DNA of 43,240 nucleotides from Paraphysomonas bandaiensis. Its lineage: Eukaryota; Protista; Chrysophyceae. Under the pieces are notes generated by a model. That model saw only the letters and a list, made by a program, of their open reading frames with translations. It was not told the origin of the DNA and did no database searches. The stretch's first letter is position 1, and each line of letters starts with the position of its first letter. Shown one piece after another: positions 18,367 to 32,938 of the stretch. The DNA is taken from contig CBFFRP010000252.1 in NCBI GenBank assembly GCA_965644295.1, positions 1 to 43,240 on the forward strand, written 5' to 3'. Position numbers and translations under genes: made by a program.

Positions 18367-21300
18367 ATGTCCCTTACATACAAGAAACGTTTACGAGAGC
18401 TACATCAAGATCTCAGAGATCTCTCCTCTCAAACATCTGATACAACAAAAGAGATAGAGACCAAGGACAGCATTTGTATTGTACAGAGAGGACAAATAAC
18501 TAAAGTAAGTGTCTTATATATAGTAACAACCTCTAATCTGACGATTACTGTTTGTTATCAATAGAAAACACTGCAGATATGGAAACAGAAGTTTCCTGAA
18601 ATCAATAATCATTTCAAGTTAACTGATAGAATTGAATCATCAACCACATACATTGTATTGCCAGATGACTATACTGTTGATAAGGTTTATAAACTTGAAT
18701 TCGATTCGTTACTGTATTAATTGTTAAGTATAGTTCAAAAAGTGGGCATCTGATATTGACTGGACCGATCATAAAGAAATTTTATTTTTGCGTGCCAATT
18801 GGATGTTCGATTTTCTGAAATCTAAGCAGTTTCCAAATCCCAATGTGTATCTTCATAAGGAGGTTTCTTGGGAAGGAATTATACGTTCAAATCAGGATGT
18901 AATAAACGACATACAGGACGAAAAGTTTACATTCCCGCCAAAGAAGCCCAAATTAGAAACCACTGAAAAAGCTGAGAGCTCCTCTACTAAACTATCAGAA
19001 GAACTTAGACAAAGTCCATTTGGTTCTCATGATAACAGTAGTATTTTCATACATGCACCTGGAAAGGTATTAACTGTGTATGTACTGTGCCTTCGTGTTA
19101 CACAATCCTGTGAAATCTAGGAAGAATTTGCATTAACTTTTTATATAGGGATCGTATGCATGCATGACATCAGGGATCTCAACTTCGCATTCGTCAGATG
19201 GAACACAAGGAAATCAAAACAAGCACGTGACTGATATATTAGATCAGCTACAGGAAATATATGAGGTGAGAATACAGATATTGATGTGCTGATAGTTACC
19301 CCGTCATACTGTGTTCTCAGTTGGAAGGTGATGAGTGGCGAGCTAACTCGTACAAAAAGGCTAGCACATTGCTCCAGAAAATGCATCGGTAAAGATACTA
19401 TATCTATTACAGTATGTGAAATATATTGAATGCGTGTTGAATAGTGTGTAAATTTCTGAGTATAACTTTCATTTATATGCTTCTGTTCAGAGTGGTAGAC
19501 AGTGACCAACTAAAGAATGTCCGAGGAATAGGAAAATCTATCCGAGATAAAATTCAGGTGAGACGAAGATATAAATATTCTTGCATTTACATTCAATACA
19601 CCGCATGTTGTCGCCTTCTGATTTTGTGTTTTGACGGTGCCGATGAATGCGCTATAGGAAATTCTCACCACTGGAACTCTTCAAAAATTGGAGTGTTTCA
19701 AAAGTAATGACGCTGTGACACTTCGTACAGCGTTTTCCAAGATATGGGGTGTTGGACCATCGACTGCGCATCAGTTAGTCAATAAAGGATATAAGTATGT
19801 ATATATATATTTGAGTATTTTGAGCAAAGACGCAATTAAACTACGCTAATATATATTTATTTTGTATTACTACTACTTGTGTAAAATGGCGCTGGTGCAG
19901 ATCAATTGCTGATTTGCGGGAAAGAGGACAGCATGATTTAAATACACAGCAACGAATTGGTCTAAACCGGTATGTTTCCGAAAATATTATTCATAGATTT
20001 ACATGAAGTGTATTGCTATTTACAGTGTGCCTTAATGATGGCTTCTCACAACGACTGTATTTTGTTGAATGTATACATGTTTGTCTGCAGGTATGAAGAT
20101 TTGCTTGAGCGAATGCCACGGTCGGAGGTGCAGGAGATCGAATATGTGGTCTTGCAACACCTAAAGGCTCTGGACCCAGGTAGTTTTTGAGTGGGATGTT
20201 TCTTTTCATGTGTGTTTCATGATATGTAATGGGCTTTTGCTTTATTCTTCAAGTCTAGAATAGAGCTCCATATGTACATTATTAACTCTTCCACCTATAA
20301 TTTAGGAGCGGGGGGAGTAGTGTGTGGGTCTTATAGGTATACTTCGAAGGACATTTCACTGGTGCTGTACATTTTATAGTTGTGTTAATTAGACGCGGAA
20401 AAGCTTCAAGTGGAGATGTGGATATTCTGGTGTATCCTGATGACGGGCGAGAAACAGTAAGTAGACGACGTTATATTCACTTAAGCTTTAATTGTAGAAT
20501 AAAGTGTACAATAACGAATTTGACATTTATTATTTTACGTTTGTAACAGAGTATAATGAGTGCACTCTAGCTGTACTTACTGGTTACTTATATTTTATAG
20601 GTTGACGTTGTTCCTGCATTGATCGAGCGTATGTCGGATTGTGGCTTTCTTACGGATCATCTCACGTAACACATAACTGTGCCCTTTGTTATCATCATTT
20701 TAATATTGTGCATATGTCGTATTTGATAGTATGCCGTCGGATAAGAATGAGGAGAGTGGAAGAGTCAGTTACATGGGAATTTGTAGGTACTATGAAGAAT
20801 ATACTGTCTACTATTTTCAACAATATTGTTATGATTTTAGACTCAATAAACCGAACAGTTTACATCGCCGGATTGATATAAAGGTATTATCAGTATTGGA
20901 TTAGAATGAGATATTTTTTTGCTCACTCACTCTATTGCTGTATCAGAGTTATCCCCGCTCGTGTCTAGCATTCGCAATGTTATATTTCACAGGATCAGAT
21001 CATTTCAATAGGTAGAACAAATGCGATTTATTATAGCGAAACTAATATTAGGGTATTGTTAAATTTTTGAATTCAGGTCTATGCGTTTATATGCGAAAAA
21101 CATGGGCTACACTATGAATGACAAGGTTGTTGCTTATGTAGCATTCATTAGTTTCTAATTTTGAATACTAGGGTTTGTTTCCATGTGGTCGAGATGTGTC
21201 GAACAAAAAAACATGGAAAGGAGGTAAAATTGAATGCTACACCGAAAGAGAAGTATTTGACGCTCTTGGGTTAGAATATAAGTAAGGTTTATATGTTGAG

Positions 21301-21466
21301 TTGTGGTTGGGCACCATTTAATTCACGAGGTATTCATTCTTGATATCACATGGTGTGTCTATGTAGGGAACCTGGAGAAAGAAATTGTCTTGATACCGAA
21401 ACAATTGTGATTAAGCAGAAACCTGAGTCTCGTGGCGACTCTGATGATCCTCTCTGGCAAGTGTAG
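18367..21466 (+). CDS. POLL: DNA polymerase X family (Pol lambda-like) with N-terminal BRCT-like region, multi-exon
   Basis: Across exons: VRGIGKSIRDKI, IWGVGPSTA, YEDLLERMPRSEV, CGSYRRGKASSGDVDIL, HRRIDIK, LYFTGSDHFNRSMR, TEREVFDALGLEY, EPGERNC. Confidence 0.9.
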
Positions 21467-21781
21467 TTGAAAAGAGAGCTGTATCACCAAATTTTTAAAC
21501 CTTATACTGCATGTTTTGTTATTGGTTGTTTTAGCTGGGTGTCCTCCCTTGTTTATCATTGATACGAATATTTGAGTAACTTCATATGTTCTGTGTTATA
21601 TTTATTACCCAGGAATTACTCTTATTCAATTATCAATATTTTTTAATCTTAAACAGATAGTATTTTAGTTTACTGTAACTTGCTAGCGATATTTTTTGAA
21701 AAAACGAACCACATAAACGTAATCAAGCACGCATATAATCGTGAATGAAATACTTTACCAACACTGCACTTGTACCTCGCG

Positions 21782-23618
21782 CTAATCACTCACTGTGGTA
21801 GGGGGAGAAGTATTCGCCACAATAGGATTAATAACAGCCTCTTCATCTTTTACAGAAGAATTAGGTGGTACATACGAACCACTATCATTGGACTTAGATG
21901 CATTAGGTGGTGTCAACTCACTAGCTAATACCTGATAAATACATCGTTAAACATGGACGACGATTTAGCAACGGAAGCATTAAATTCGTAGTGTGAATTT
22001 CTTACAACATACCTCTCCCAGCTCCGTTGTATTTGTAGAGTCAGAGGTTTTAGTCACCCCCTTTTGATTAGTGTGTAGCATACTGCAAAAACTAATTATA
22101 TATATAACAGCGTCATAGTGTCGTACCCCGTGAGCATTGTACGTTGCGTCCAGCAACACCATGCTACAACTATACCAGTGATTATGAGAACCGGTACAAG
22201 AGTTCCAATCAAAATAGCTTCACTGTTGTCATCATCATTTGAACTTCCACCATGCACATTCACGGTACTAGTCGGAGTCTATGAACAAAATACATAAAGA
22301 AATAATTAGGCGATATAAAGCAATACGTTGAAACCGTGTATCAGCTAACTACACCTCCATACACGTACACTGCAATTACGTATTGTGCAATTACTCGAGC
22401 ATTTTGTGCTATCTCTTCCAGTACCTGAGTTGGTTTAGGAGTTGGGAAAGAAATTGGTGCCAGCGTAACGGGTGGTACGTCGCATTTCATAACGAGACCC
22501 TCCAGCCATAGGTACCCAGTGTAGTGCTCAATATCTCCATAATACCAACCGTTTGCTACACATGCAGAGTATGTTCCATTTCCACCACCAATGCCATATG
22601 TTGATACGTTGATATTTGCTGTATACGATCCGGGAGCACTACTCATCCACGATGTCGGCCAAGAACCCACATATTCGACGGTGGGGATATAATATTCATG
22701 TCCACCTATCTGAATACCATAAGTATCGGTGGTGTGATATAAAAGGAAAACAAAGTCCGCAGCTACTTCATCATCGCTACCACCATAAAACAGGCTGGCA
22801 TTAACGCTTTCTAGGGATTCATTGGCTCCGAAATTAACGCAAATAGTTTCTGCTCCGGACAGAAACGTATCAAAGGATATCGTGACCATTGTGTTACACT
22901 CAGAGGATACATAAATAGGAGTAGATGTAGGAGCATTAGATATACTTGGAGTAGATGTTGGAGATAATGACGGGGATACAGATGGGAAATGCGATATGGA
23001 GGGAGAAAATGTTGGCGAGTAAGAGGGAATAAACATTGGAGAAGAAGTTATTGTAGGAACCTTCGAAGGAATGCCAGATGGTAACGAAGACGGATGTAGT
23101 CCATATGTAATAAGTGATTGGGAAAAATCAAGAGTACCATCATACGATACGGAAAAAAGAGACTCTTCCCAGCCATTCCCCACACACACTGACCAATACT
23201 GACCGCTAAATTGAGCGCGGGCAACATCCGCTGTGGCGGTGTAGGTGCCATCTGAAGATGAGTCCCAGCTCTCTGGCCAATGCCCAGCCTTACCACATCC
23301 TTCATAGTCATAGTCATAACCTCCGTACATTAAACACTGAATAACATCTCCTGTTTGATCGAGTTGTTTGATGGCTATAAACATATCTGATGCATCCGAA
23401 AAGAAATCATAGAAACTCGTATCTAAATACAGTGATGTGTATATGCTGGTTAAGTTTCCTGTAGCTAATAGAGAGGTACATTCACTCTGACCTCCACTAA
23501 CTGTCATATCAAACGCTATAGTAGCGACTTGACCAGCCTCTGATGACTGATATATACTACCATATGTGTAAATATAGAGAGATAGATGTGTCATAAGAAT
23601 GAATATGATTGTATACAT
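21782..23618 (-). CDS. Predicted type I membrane/surface protein with two copies of an unassigned beta-rich domain and Pro/Ser/Thr-rich linkers
   Basis: Hydrophobic N-terminus; duplicated motif (GG-Y...G-WP-SW-SS--G-Y-A...C-V-NGW); PS/PT repeats; later exon with TM helix AILIGTLVPVLIITGIVVAWCC. 3' end approximate. Confidence 0.65.
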
Positions 23619-24215
23619 TGTAGTGTTGTTATATGCAAGGGAGGGTTGAGATGTATTGCTGTAGAGAGCATGTGGAGATATGCTTCATATCGTATCTCTG
23701 GATATGTTTCTATATGTTAAGATGTGTGTATGTGTATGTGGTATCTAACATATGGATATGTGTGTATCTCTGTATGTGTACTGTAGTATGCTATGTAGAT
23801 CTGGTGTGGGCTGTATTCTCACTTAAGTTGTGAGTATACGATATACGGCGTATAGTATACACTGCTGGAGTGGCCTTCCTACCATACTGTGTACGTATGT
23901 ACGCATACATATCTAGATATTCACTACGTACAATTACACATACCCTGTGTACCCGTATCGTCAGTCAGTATCTTATTTTGCGGAAATAAATTGACGCATA
24001 TATCCTCTATATTAGTGATATACAACTACGGCTAGAATACATATAATTGTTGTCTCAATATTAGAGGCATCTTTGAACAAAAATATACAAAGGATGCCGA
24101 TAGGCCTGTGTACAGCACTATACCACACACAGATCTCCATATAGAAATGCATGCATATATATTCCGCTTCAAGAATTGCAACAAGATCAACTCATAACTA
24201 CACAGACACACAAAT

Positions 24216-25082
24216 ATGTCTCGTCGTCTACTAAGATCAGCTCTCTTTTGTCCTGGAGATAAACATAAAGCCCTTAAGAAAGCCTCTACCCTCCCATGTG
24301 ATGGTATAGTGTTTGATTTAGAGGATGCTGTTGGACCTGATAATAAAATTACTGCAAGAGACACTGTCGCAACATTCCTTAATATAGAACAGTTTAATGC
24401 AACTCGTGTGGTACGGATAAATTGTCCCAAGACAACTGAATGGGGAGAAGAAGATATGGAGATTATATCTCAAGTAGATAATATTGATGCTGTTGTATTG
24501 CCTAAAGTTGAAGATATTGAAACGATTGAATTCGCAGAATACTTGATGGGAAGTAGAAAAATTCCTTTGTGGACAATGATTGAGACTGCCAAAGGCGTCT
24601 TGCGCGCAGATGCTATTGCTAGTCACCCCTCTGTACATTGTTTAGTGTTCGGTAGTAATGATTTGTCCAAAGATCTCCGAGCCAAACAGACGCCCTCAAG
24701 GGAACCTTTATTGTACTCTATGTCACAATGTATTTTATCCGCTCGTGCGCATGGTAAAATGGTTTTAGATGGAGTACACATGGACTTGAAAGACAATGAT
24801 GGACTTGTTGCCTCGTGTGTTCAAGGCCGCTCCCTCGGATTTGATGGAAAAACACTGATACATCCATCACAAATAGCTGCTGCGAACGACGCATATTCGC
24901 CCTCAGAAGAAGAAATTTCCCATGCACGTAGAGTAGTAAATGCATGGAAAGAAGCTAAAGAAGGCGGGAAGTCTCTCGCTGTCGTGGATGGAAAGTTGGT
25001 GGAGGAGTTGCATGTGGAGCAAGCGTTTAATGTATTGAAAGAGGCGGAGTTGATTGAAAATATGCGCAGTTCTAATGAATAA
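24216..25082 (+). CDS. citE: CitE/HpcH family (citrate lyase beta / malyl-CoA lyase-like)
   Basis: RSALFCPG, FDLEDAV, VVRIN, LPKVE, MIETAKGV, FGSNDL, LDGV, GFDGKTLIHPSQI; single exon. Confidence 0.92.
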   Translation: MSRRLLRSALFCPGDKHKALKKASTLPCDGIVFDLEDAVGPDNKITARDTVATFLNIEQFNATRVVRINCPKTTEWGEEDMEIISQVDNIDAVVLPKVEDIETIEFAEYLMGSRKIPLWTMIETAKGVLRADAIASHPSVHCLVFGSNDLSKDLRAKQTPSREPLLYSMSQCILSARAHGKMVLDGVHMDLKDNDGLVASCVQGRSLGFDGKTLIHPSQIAAANDAYSPSEEEISHARRVVNAWKEAKEGGKSLAVVDGKLVEELHVEQAFNVLKEAELIENMRSSNE

Positions 25083-25951
25083 AGTCACTTACTAAGTTTT
25101 CATGATACTTCTGGTGGATTTAATGGACTTGTATACACTATTTTGTAAGTTCGAGTAGTCGATAACTGTACCAGACTCTGACATCTCATATTGCCACGTA
25201 GGAGTAGTTGTTCATAGTTCATAGAATATTATACATTATAGCACCTTTGTTACATCAAATAATATCTCTTGTCAGTGGTATAGTGGTATAGTGCACAATA
25301 GTTATCAAGACTGTTGGTCTTCAAGGCTCTTCAAGACCCGTAGTGTGTTTCCACATCAGTGACTCCCTTAGCTAAATGGAGGAGTCATTTTCGCGTAACA
25401 GTGAGTTGTTAGATTTGTCTTGAGATATATAATTGATCGAACTGGAGAAGGTTATCAAAATGTACTTGTTCCAGTACGCTAGTAAGTATATGAATATACG
25501 ACTATATAATTCCAATAATATCATAGTTTTGACATTTGTTAAGAAAACATAAGTATTCCCACGCATAATACATATTTACCGAAATTGGCATTTATACATT
25601 ACAGCAAGCACAAGCAAGCAAGACCTGTGAGGCTTCTGTTTACTGTATAGATTCATCATATATACAAATTACTATGTCCTAAAATCAAATTACATCACCA
25701 ACTAAATTGATTTATATATATATTTAATATACCTGCGTCCATTCAATATAATATTAGTTACGTTTCTATGTATTAGTTACTAAACAACTTTACTTGTATG
25801 TACAGGAAAGAAGGGTATACGCTACCTTGAATCTCGAGTACGTACCGTATTTCTACATATACTATTTCAGTAGTCTTAACTAAAGATAAATCAATAATCA
25901 ACAATGCACAATGATTTAACTCTAAGCAGTGATCTCTTATATATCGAATTT

Positions 25952-27450
25952 CTACTCTGTTTTGTTTTCATCATTTCGTTTGCTATCGGCTTCCAAAGTA
26001 CTTGCAGCAGCGTCATCCACCATACGAACCTTATGTGAATAGTTTTTCGGCAGTAAAAACTCCTGATCAAAGGAATTATTTGCGAAGGCTGCTTTGTCCA
26101 CCTGTCTCGCCTTTCGAATCATATCATCGCGTTCTCCCCTATCCTTTGCCTGGGCTGTGAGGGCTTCTTGCACTGCAGCCTCACCTCCGCATCCCCACAC
26201 CTCCATGACATCAATGTCAAATGATCCTGACGATGAGGAATCAATAAAAGCTCCTGGCTCATAGGTCAGGCAGCTGGAGTGAGCCACACATTCTTCAAGT
26301 GTATCAGGAATAAAGAGTCGGAATTTTTCAAGAGAGCCGCCCATACCAAGGCCATGAGGCATTCCGTAGGACTATCCAAAGCATAAATAACTAACACAAT
26401 ATATAAGCTACTGCTACTGCTACCTTCATATTGAGCCACTGATAATGTTGGTTGGAATCCGCTTTACTTCGAAATATCTTCATGTCGGGTGCAAGAGCAC
26501 AGAGAAAGGAAGCAGAGTTACCATAAAACCTAAAGTGCAAATATTAACACAAGAACATATTTAGTAATGAATTCCACAGAGAGCTACCTATTTGAGTCCC
26601 TCCATCTATCTTCATTGTACGCACCAATGACAACATCAGAGCCAGAACATTTTATGAGAATTAAAGAAGGTCCCTGTGTACGAACACCGTCATTGAAAAG
26701 TACCAATACAAAGTTACTTACGCTGTACCCAAGAATATGATGGGCAATGCGATTGAAGCTAAGGCCGTCCTGTTGAGTTGTGTACAATTTCTTCCACCCA
26801 CCTTGAAGAGATTTGTCATATAGAGCAAGTGGCATGAGATCACTTTGCGTAAGTACGGAACTTCCTCCGTTCAGAATAGGTGGGTTAAAAGGGGTATACT
26901 GCAGTTCTAGATCCCCAAAGCATTTGCGATTTATATATGTTACAAACACTTTTGCAGTGTATGGGGCATATTCATTGGTCCAATTAATTAGAGTACCACA
27001 CTGAACGACATCTGATTGATCCTTGTGACACGTTCTACGCACATGATTGCTCAAGCGTGTGGCAGTTATATCCAACCCATCGTGCTCACATCCACTGAAC
27101 TCCAAAACTAATCGAAAAAAATAATCCAATGTTTGGTCTTCACTCACTGTGGGATCACTCTGGATTATATTCCATATGATCTGTAAGGTTTTGGTCGATG
27201 TCGATCGCGCCACATCAATAACAAAAGTCTGAAATGAGGACAGTGACATGGACTGATCATCTACTATATATGAATAACATGATGTACCAAAATTCGTGTA
27301 TTGTGAGGAGTGAAATATGGAGCAGAAGGTGTCTTTAGATGGCTTGTTCTCTATCATAAAATTGGAATAGAATTTCTCTAAACTCACACGTTCATCTTTG
27401 TTAAGAGGGTTATCATCAATCTCAGCAGCACTGCTTTTAGTATTTCCCAT
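25952..27450 (-). CDS. TLDc-domain protein (MEAK7/TLDC1-like), probably N-myristoylated, multi-exon
   Basis: MGNTKS N-terminus; WKKLYTTQQDGLSFNRI, GPSLILIK, IGAY, GLGMGG, FDIDVMEVWGCGG. Confidence 0.88.
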
Positions 27451-28132
27451 AGTTTCAGTAGTAGAAGTTTATTGTTTCGTGTTGTATATATGAATGAGTT
27501 AGAGGGATGTTGTGTGTCCATGTATCATAGAATATATATGGAGGGAGGATCCACTGCTGCTGCTGTGTGCATGTGTGTATGTATGTTCCTAAAACTATTA
27601 CACATAAAATACATCTACAGATCACTCATGTATAGTATTTTCACTGCTAAAAATCAGTGATTTTATATGACATATATTAATAATTGAACATTTCCTTCCA
27701 AAACAGGTATAAATATACACTGAAATGTCTGTTTCATTATACACAGTGGTAACATCTGCGTGTTATTCTATATACTAGACTATACATACATCTACATATA
27801 CAGTACATACATATATGTACACAGCAGTACAGTGTATCTCCTATAGCCGCTTCACTAGAGCATAGAGCTGGCCAGGGACATTAACATCAAGCACATATCA
27901 GAACATACTATCGTTATGTATCAATAATCTTTTCCATACATTACAAGAGATATTATCACTACTCTCTCAGTCTTATAACACTGGCAATAAGGATTAATAC
28001 CGTTTACTTATATATATATACATACATCTGCTGGGTGGCTATAGAAAAGTCTGTATATAGACTGTAATTATGTATAACTGTTAACTATAACTAGTACATC
28101 ATCAGTATATAGAAGTTACAAATTGTGATCTT

Positions 28133-31100
28133 ATGGATAACTTTAAGAAGAAGTCTCCTGTGTTAGATGAGAACGTCAGATTGAGTTCTACAGTTATTGC
28201 TGAAATCCTTAGCATGTTCTTGAAGTGTAATCCACAGAACTCATCCGTTTTTCTTCCTCCCTTTAGGATTAAACAATTGGCTAAGTGTACTCGTACTTTA
28301 AGTGGAAGGACTCGTATTACTGAGGGTGATGCGTTTGAGGGTCTGGGTTCTTTCTATGCCATCTGTATGTATTATGGCGGCACGGCCGACTTTGGAACTC
28401 TGGATGTCCTCCGGAATAGTGTTTCGATAATTCAAACTGTGCTGTCAGAGTGTATGATGGCAATGCAGCTGATTGGTGAAGTCACAATTGCACATACTGA
28501 TGATAAAATACGAAACTTTATACACTCCATCGACTCCCTGAAACAACACCAGTTGACAATATTTGCCCTCGGAAACGAGTTAGCCAAGGATATTTTGAGA
28601 GATATCATCAGGCAAGTGCGTATCTGCAGGGAAAAGAATAACGCCCGAACGAAGGCTAAACAACCCGTCGACTGTTTAATGCCACATTCTATCTATATGA
28701 TGGCATCATACGCTCTGGCCCATATCACAGCAGTTCTTCATGCTGAGGGACGGCTGAAAGATGTTCCAGGTTTATATGAGTCCTTGGTGTGTGTCATACA
28801 TTTTGAATTTAAGAGAGACCAATACAAAGCAAGGGCGGCAGAAAGAGTCCGTAAGGCGAAGCGTATCATTGACAATGACCGTTTTGAGCAGTGTGTACAA
28901 ATGGCCAAACAGTTGTCGTACGTGGTGTTCAAGAGAGTGGACATTCGATATGTTCGAAAGGTATTTGTTTGAATCATATTAAACTTGTAATCGCTGTGCA
29001 TATGTAATTTTTGTACAAATTATATCATGTGTGTTTCTTTGATAATACTAGTCGTTCAATGCAGTTACGGCTGATGAGGGGGCGACTGGCTCGAGGGGAA
29101 TCGAGCCCATGTAAGTCACAACAGTTTCTGTTACACGATCATACATTAATTCAATTCATTTATGATACCAGATATAGAATTTGCGAAGTTAAAAGTGCAA
29201 ACGCTACATATTACACTATTGCAGCAACCAAAGCCCGATGACGAGAATGCCGATGAAAGAAAAGGAACCGATGTCAAGGCACTTCTCAAGTGGAACTCGA
29301 GGTAGTTGTAGTGCCAGTTACATTTTGCTCTACGAAATATACCCACAACTGTAGCATGTCCGGTTGTATTGTTTTTTCCTGCAGATATTATTAATATGCT
29401 CTTTTTGTCGAAGCTTTGTTGTGTATACAATTTAACTTCGTGTCGGAATATACTTTGCCGACGATGATCAGAGCTTGTACTCTTAATTCCTTCTGATGAC
29501 ATGTGTTACAGTGACGAACAGAGTGTTGCAACTTCTATCACCAAGCCGAAGGAAGACAAGTATCCCGTTAGAGAAGTTTCAGCTTGTAAGTTTCGATTAT
29601 GTCGAACTCGTTTAGGTGTTGCTGAGTATCATTCGTTTTGCCTGGCCTCTGTTCGCGAATGACATTTGGTGTGTAGATGATTGTGTAACTAATGTGGGGA
29701 AGAAACTACCAGAGAGCTTGACGTCTATGTTAGACGAAGTACCAGTGGATGAAGCCGCTCCTCTGACTTTGTCGCAACAAGAGGTGCAATGTTACTTCAG
29801 AATATGCCAAGAGTGTAATTGCTACCTTGTTTGACGATGACATTATTTTTAATGATATATATATGTACTTAAGTTCTGTAAAACGGCGTTTCCTAATTGT
29901 CAAATATACAGGCGAAGAATAGGCACACTGAGGAAGCGTCAGAAGTAACAGAGAACACTGATGACGAAGCCACCGTCAGTAAAGAAGTGAAGGTTTGTTA
30001 TTGCAGTTTATTCTATCTACTCCTAAGTTTTTATAGGAAATGGCTGAAATGAATCAACTTACTATAAATATTCGCCACTATTACTTACTGTCTCGGTCAC
30101 TGAGGGAGTTTTATGAGGTATGTTGTTCAGTAAGAATGGCCGAGAGACTAAAATAGTATCACTCTATTAGTCAGGAAGGGTATATTTTAATCCACAAGAC
30201 AAGGACCAACGAGTACTCCTGTTGGACAAAACGAAAACTGCAAGTATGCACATTTATTCCTTACATTTTGACTATTTACTCGCATTCAGCATGTATTTGT
30301 ATTCGTATTGCGTGCATATCATGTGGGTGTAGTGTTTGTGACAAATGTTGACATGGATGGATATCTATGCAGGAAGCAAGTGCGGTGGTTCTTACTCGAC
30401 TGCAGAGAGTGAGATCCGCGATATGCAACAAGTGTATTACGATTCTGCCCAGCGTCCGCTGCCTAGGTGTGCTTATTCGCTACACTGTGTTATCGATATG
30501 TGATTTCCTTAATTGAACAGGTTTTTAAATCAGACTGAAGGAATGTATTGGGTATGTGATGTGCTGATTGAGCACATATACCAGCAGGTCAGTGAGTTAG
30601 AATGTTACGTATATTGCGACGTCTTCCACTGCATAAAGATTATCTTACAATCTGTTTTGCAGATACATGCCGGAAATATGTTTGCTGCACTAAATCAACA
30701 TTACCTATTATCACTACAAGAAAAGATTAAAAGGGAAGCACGAGATGTTCGGAAGTGCCGAGTGAAAGGTGTTAAAGAAATTGCAGTTGTAGCGCAGCCT
30801 GTCAGCACTGACGATGAGTACGATTCCCCCAGTCCAAGAAGTGCGTTGAGTAATCATACCAACAATACGTTGGGCTCATCTCAATGCTCTACATTTTCCG
30901 CTCATTCATCCCGACCTATATCTCCCGAAAAATCATTGACATCACGTAAACCTGTCATAAAAAATGTAACGTGCAAGTTAAATATTTTGGAACGGCTTCA
31001 GTTGGCGCATGATGAAGCTCTCTTGGAAAGGAAGATTGATGCGTTATCAGAAAAGTCTCATGATCATGAAGTTAAACGGCGGAGGGAGCGGGCAAAATAT

Positions 31101-32938
31101 TTGCAAGAGAAGTTCCCACATATAAACGTATCTAATGGATGCACAACAGATAACACTCAGCCCAGTACATCCGATCATAAAATGCCTGCACTCGATAAAA
31201 CTTCTTCAGCTGATGATTCCTGGAGCACACAGAGTCCTGTTGACGCATCTTCCAGAAACAAACCTACACAACCACAGGATAGGTGCACGGTATGTTGATG
31301 ACTAGGGATAGTATGTAATAGTTTTGTATGGTTTTTTGGATTGGCGGTGCTGCTGCTGTGAGCTCATATCGAACAGGGTCCATATATTACTGTTGAGATA
31401 ATATATGCAGTGCGAGTGTTGATTGGATACTGTGTGTGTTTCTTTACGAGTTGTGTGTTTTTGTAACAGCAAACATCTGTCGTGTGGACTGCACCTCCTG
31501 ATCCGGAGGATGAAATGGCTGTCCGTAAAAAGCAAGAAAAGGAAGCGGCTGAGAAGAGGAGGAAACAACAAAGAGAGAGAAATTTCGATGAAGTCCCTGA
31601 CAACGTAAGTTTGTCGTTGAACATGTCATTGTACGTGCAGTAGACTGAAAACGTGTACATATGTGTATACTGTCTGCATATGATGATCAGTAACGTGTGG
31701 CTTGTAGTTTGGTCTGGAATATGCGCGATCCATATTGCGTTATAAAGAAGAGAGGAAACGTCAAGAAGATCAACAAGCACAGGAAATCCAGGATTTACTT
31801 GAGGTAGCAATGTTACCGTTTGTGTGAATTTTATTTCATAGTACGTGCACAGATGGAAGCGGCCAAAATTAAGTATATAAAGAAAAGTATCGTTCAAGGT
31901 AAAAAGGACGCAGAAAAGCGTGAAGTCAATGACAGTTTGAACTACAAGAAAGTATTGGAGGATCAGAAGAAGTATGTAGTCACAAGCTACAACATATATA
32001 TGTGATTGGGCTGACGTCGGTATTGTCTTACCAGAGAAATAAGAAAGAAACAGAATCACGACCGAAAACTTGCCGAAAAGAAGAAGCAAGAAGAGGAAGA
32101 AGAAGAAATGGAAAAGATTAGGTATATTTTACTTTACTATATTTCTGCTATACATGCAGAAAAATTTACTGCGCCCCTGCGTTTTGCGTTTACACGAACC
32201 ACATATCTCTATACCTGCACAATCTAATATGGAATACAATGTATGCAGAGATATCCAGGCCTGGGCACGGTTGCGTGAGGACAGGTATGTTGTTGCATAG
32301 ATTAGCTGTCCAATCTTATCTCATCGCTCTTTAGGGAACGACGTTTGAAGGAAGAAAGGCACGCTATGGAGGAAATTCGAATAAAAAATATGGCTAGTAA
32401 GAAGGAGCATGAGGAAATACTGCGCAGACACAAAGAGGAAATGCGGATGAAGTATCTAGAAGAAATTCAGCGTGCGAAAGAAGAACACCGCATGGAAGAG
32501 GAAAGGAAGAAGGCGTTAGCCCTTATGAAACGCCAAAGAAAAGCTAGGGAGGAAAAGGAAAAAGTATTGGCCAAGATTCGAAAAGGAAACTTCATGTATC
32601 ACCAAGGAAAGTTGGGGTATTACGATAACGTTCGGGAAGGTGGTGCTCCGTTTATACAATACGAGGATGACGACGGTACACCGTACTATTTTGACACTGT
32701 GACACTGCGTACATCCTACGATATGCCACCTGCAGATGCTACAATTGTGCATTATACAGTGAAAGAAAGAGAAGAATATGATAGGCTCTACGGTGCAGGG
32801 ACATATGATGCAATGTTGGCAGACCAGCAGTACAAAATGCAGTGTAATGCAGATGGTGGCTATTTCGACGAGAACGGAATATGGCATATGTTGAATGGAT
32901 ACTATGATGAAAACTACGAGTTTGTTAGTTCTTATTGA
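28133..32938 (+). CDS. Uncharacterised multi-exon protein with Glu/Lys/Arg coiled-coil region and C-terminal WW-like motif (may be more than one gene)
   Basis: Long + strand ORFs at 28133, 30513 and 32345 with intervening GT-AG-bounded segments; FIQYEDDDGTPYYFDTVTLRTSYDMP at about 32650-32730. Confidence 0.5.
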
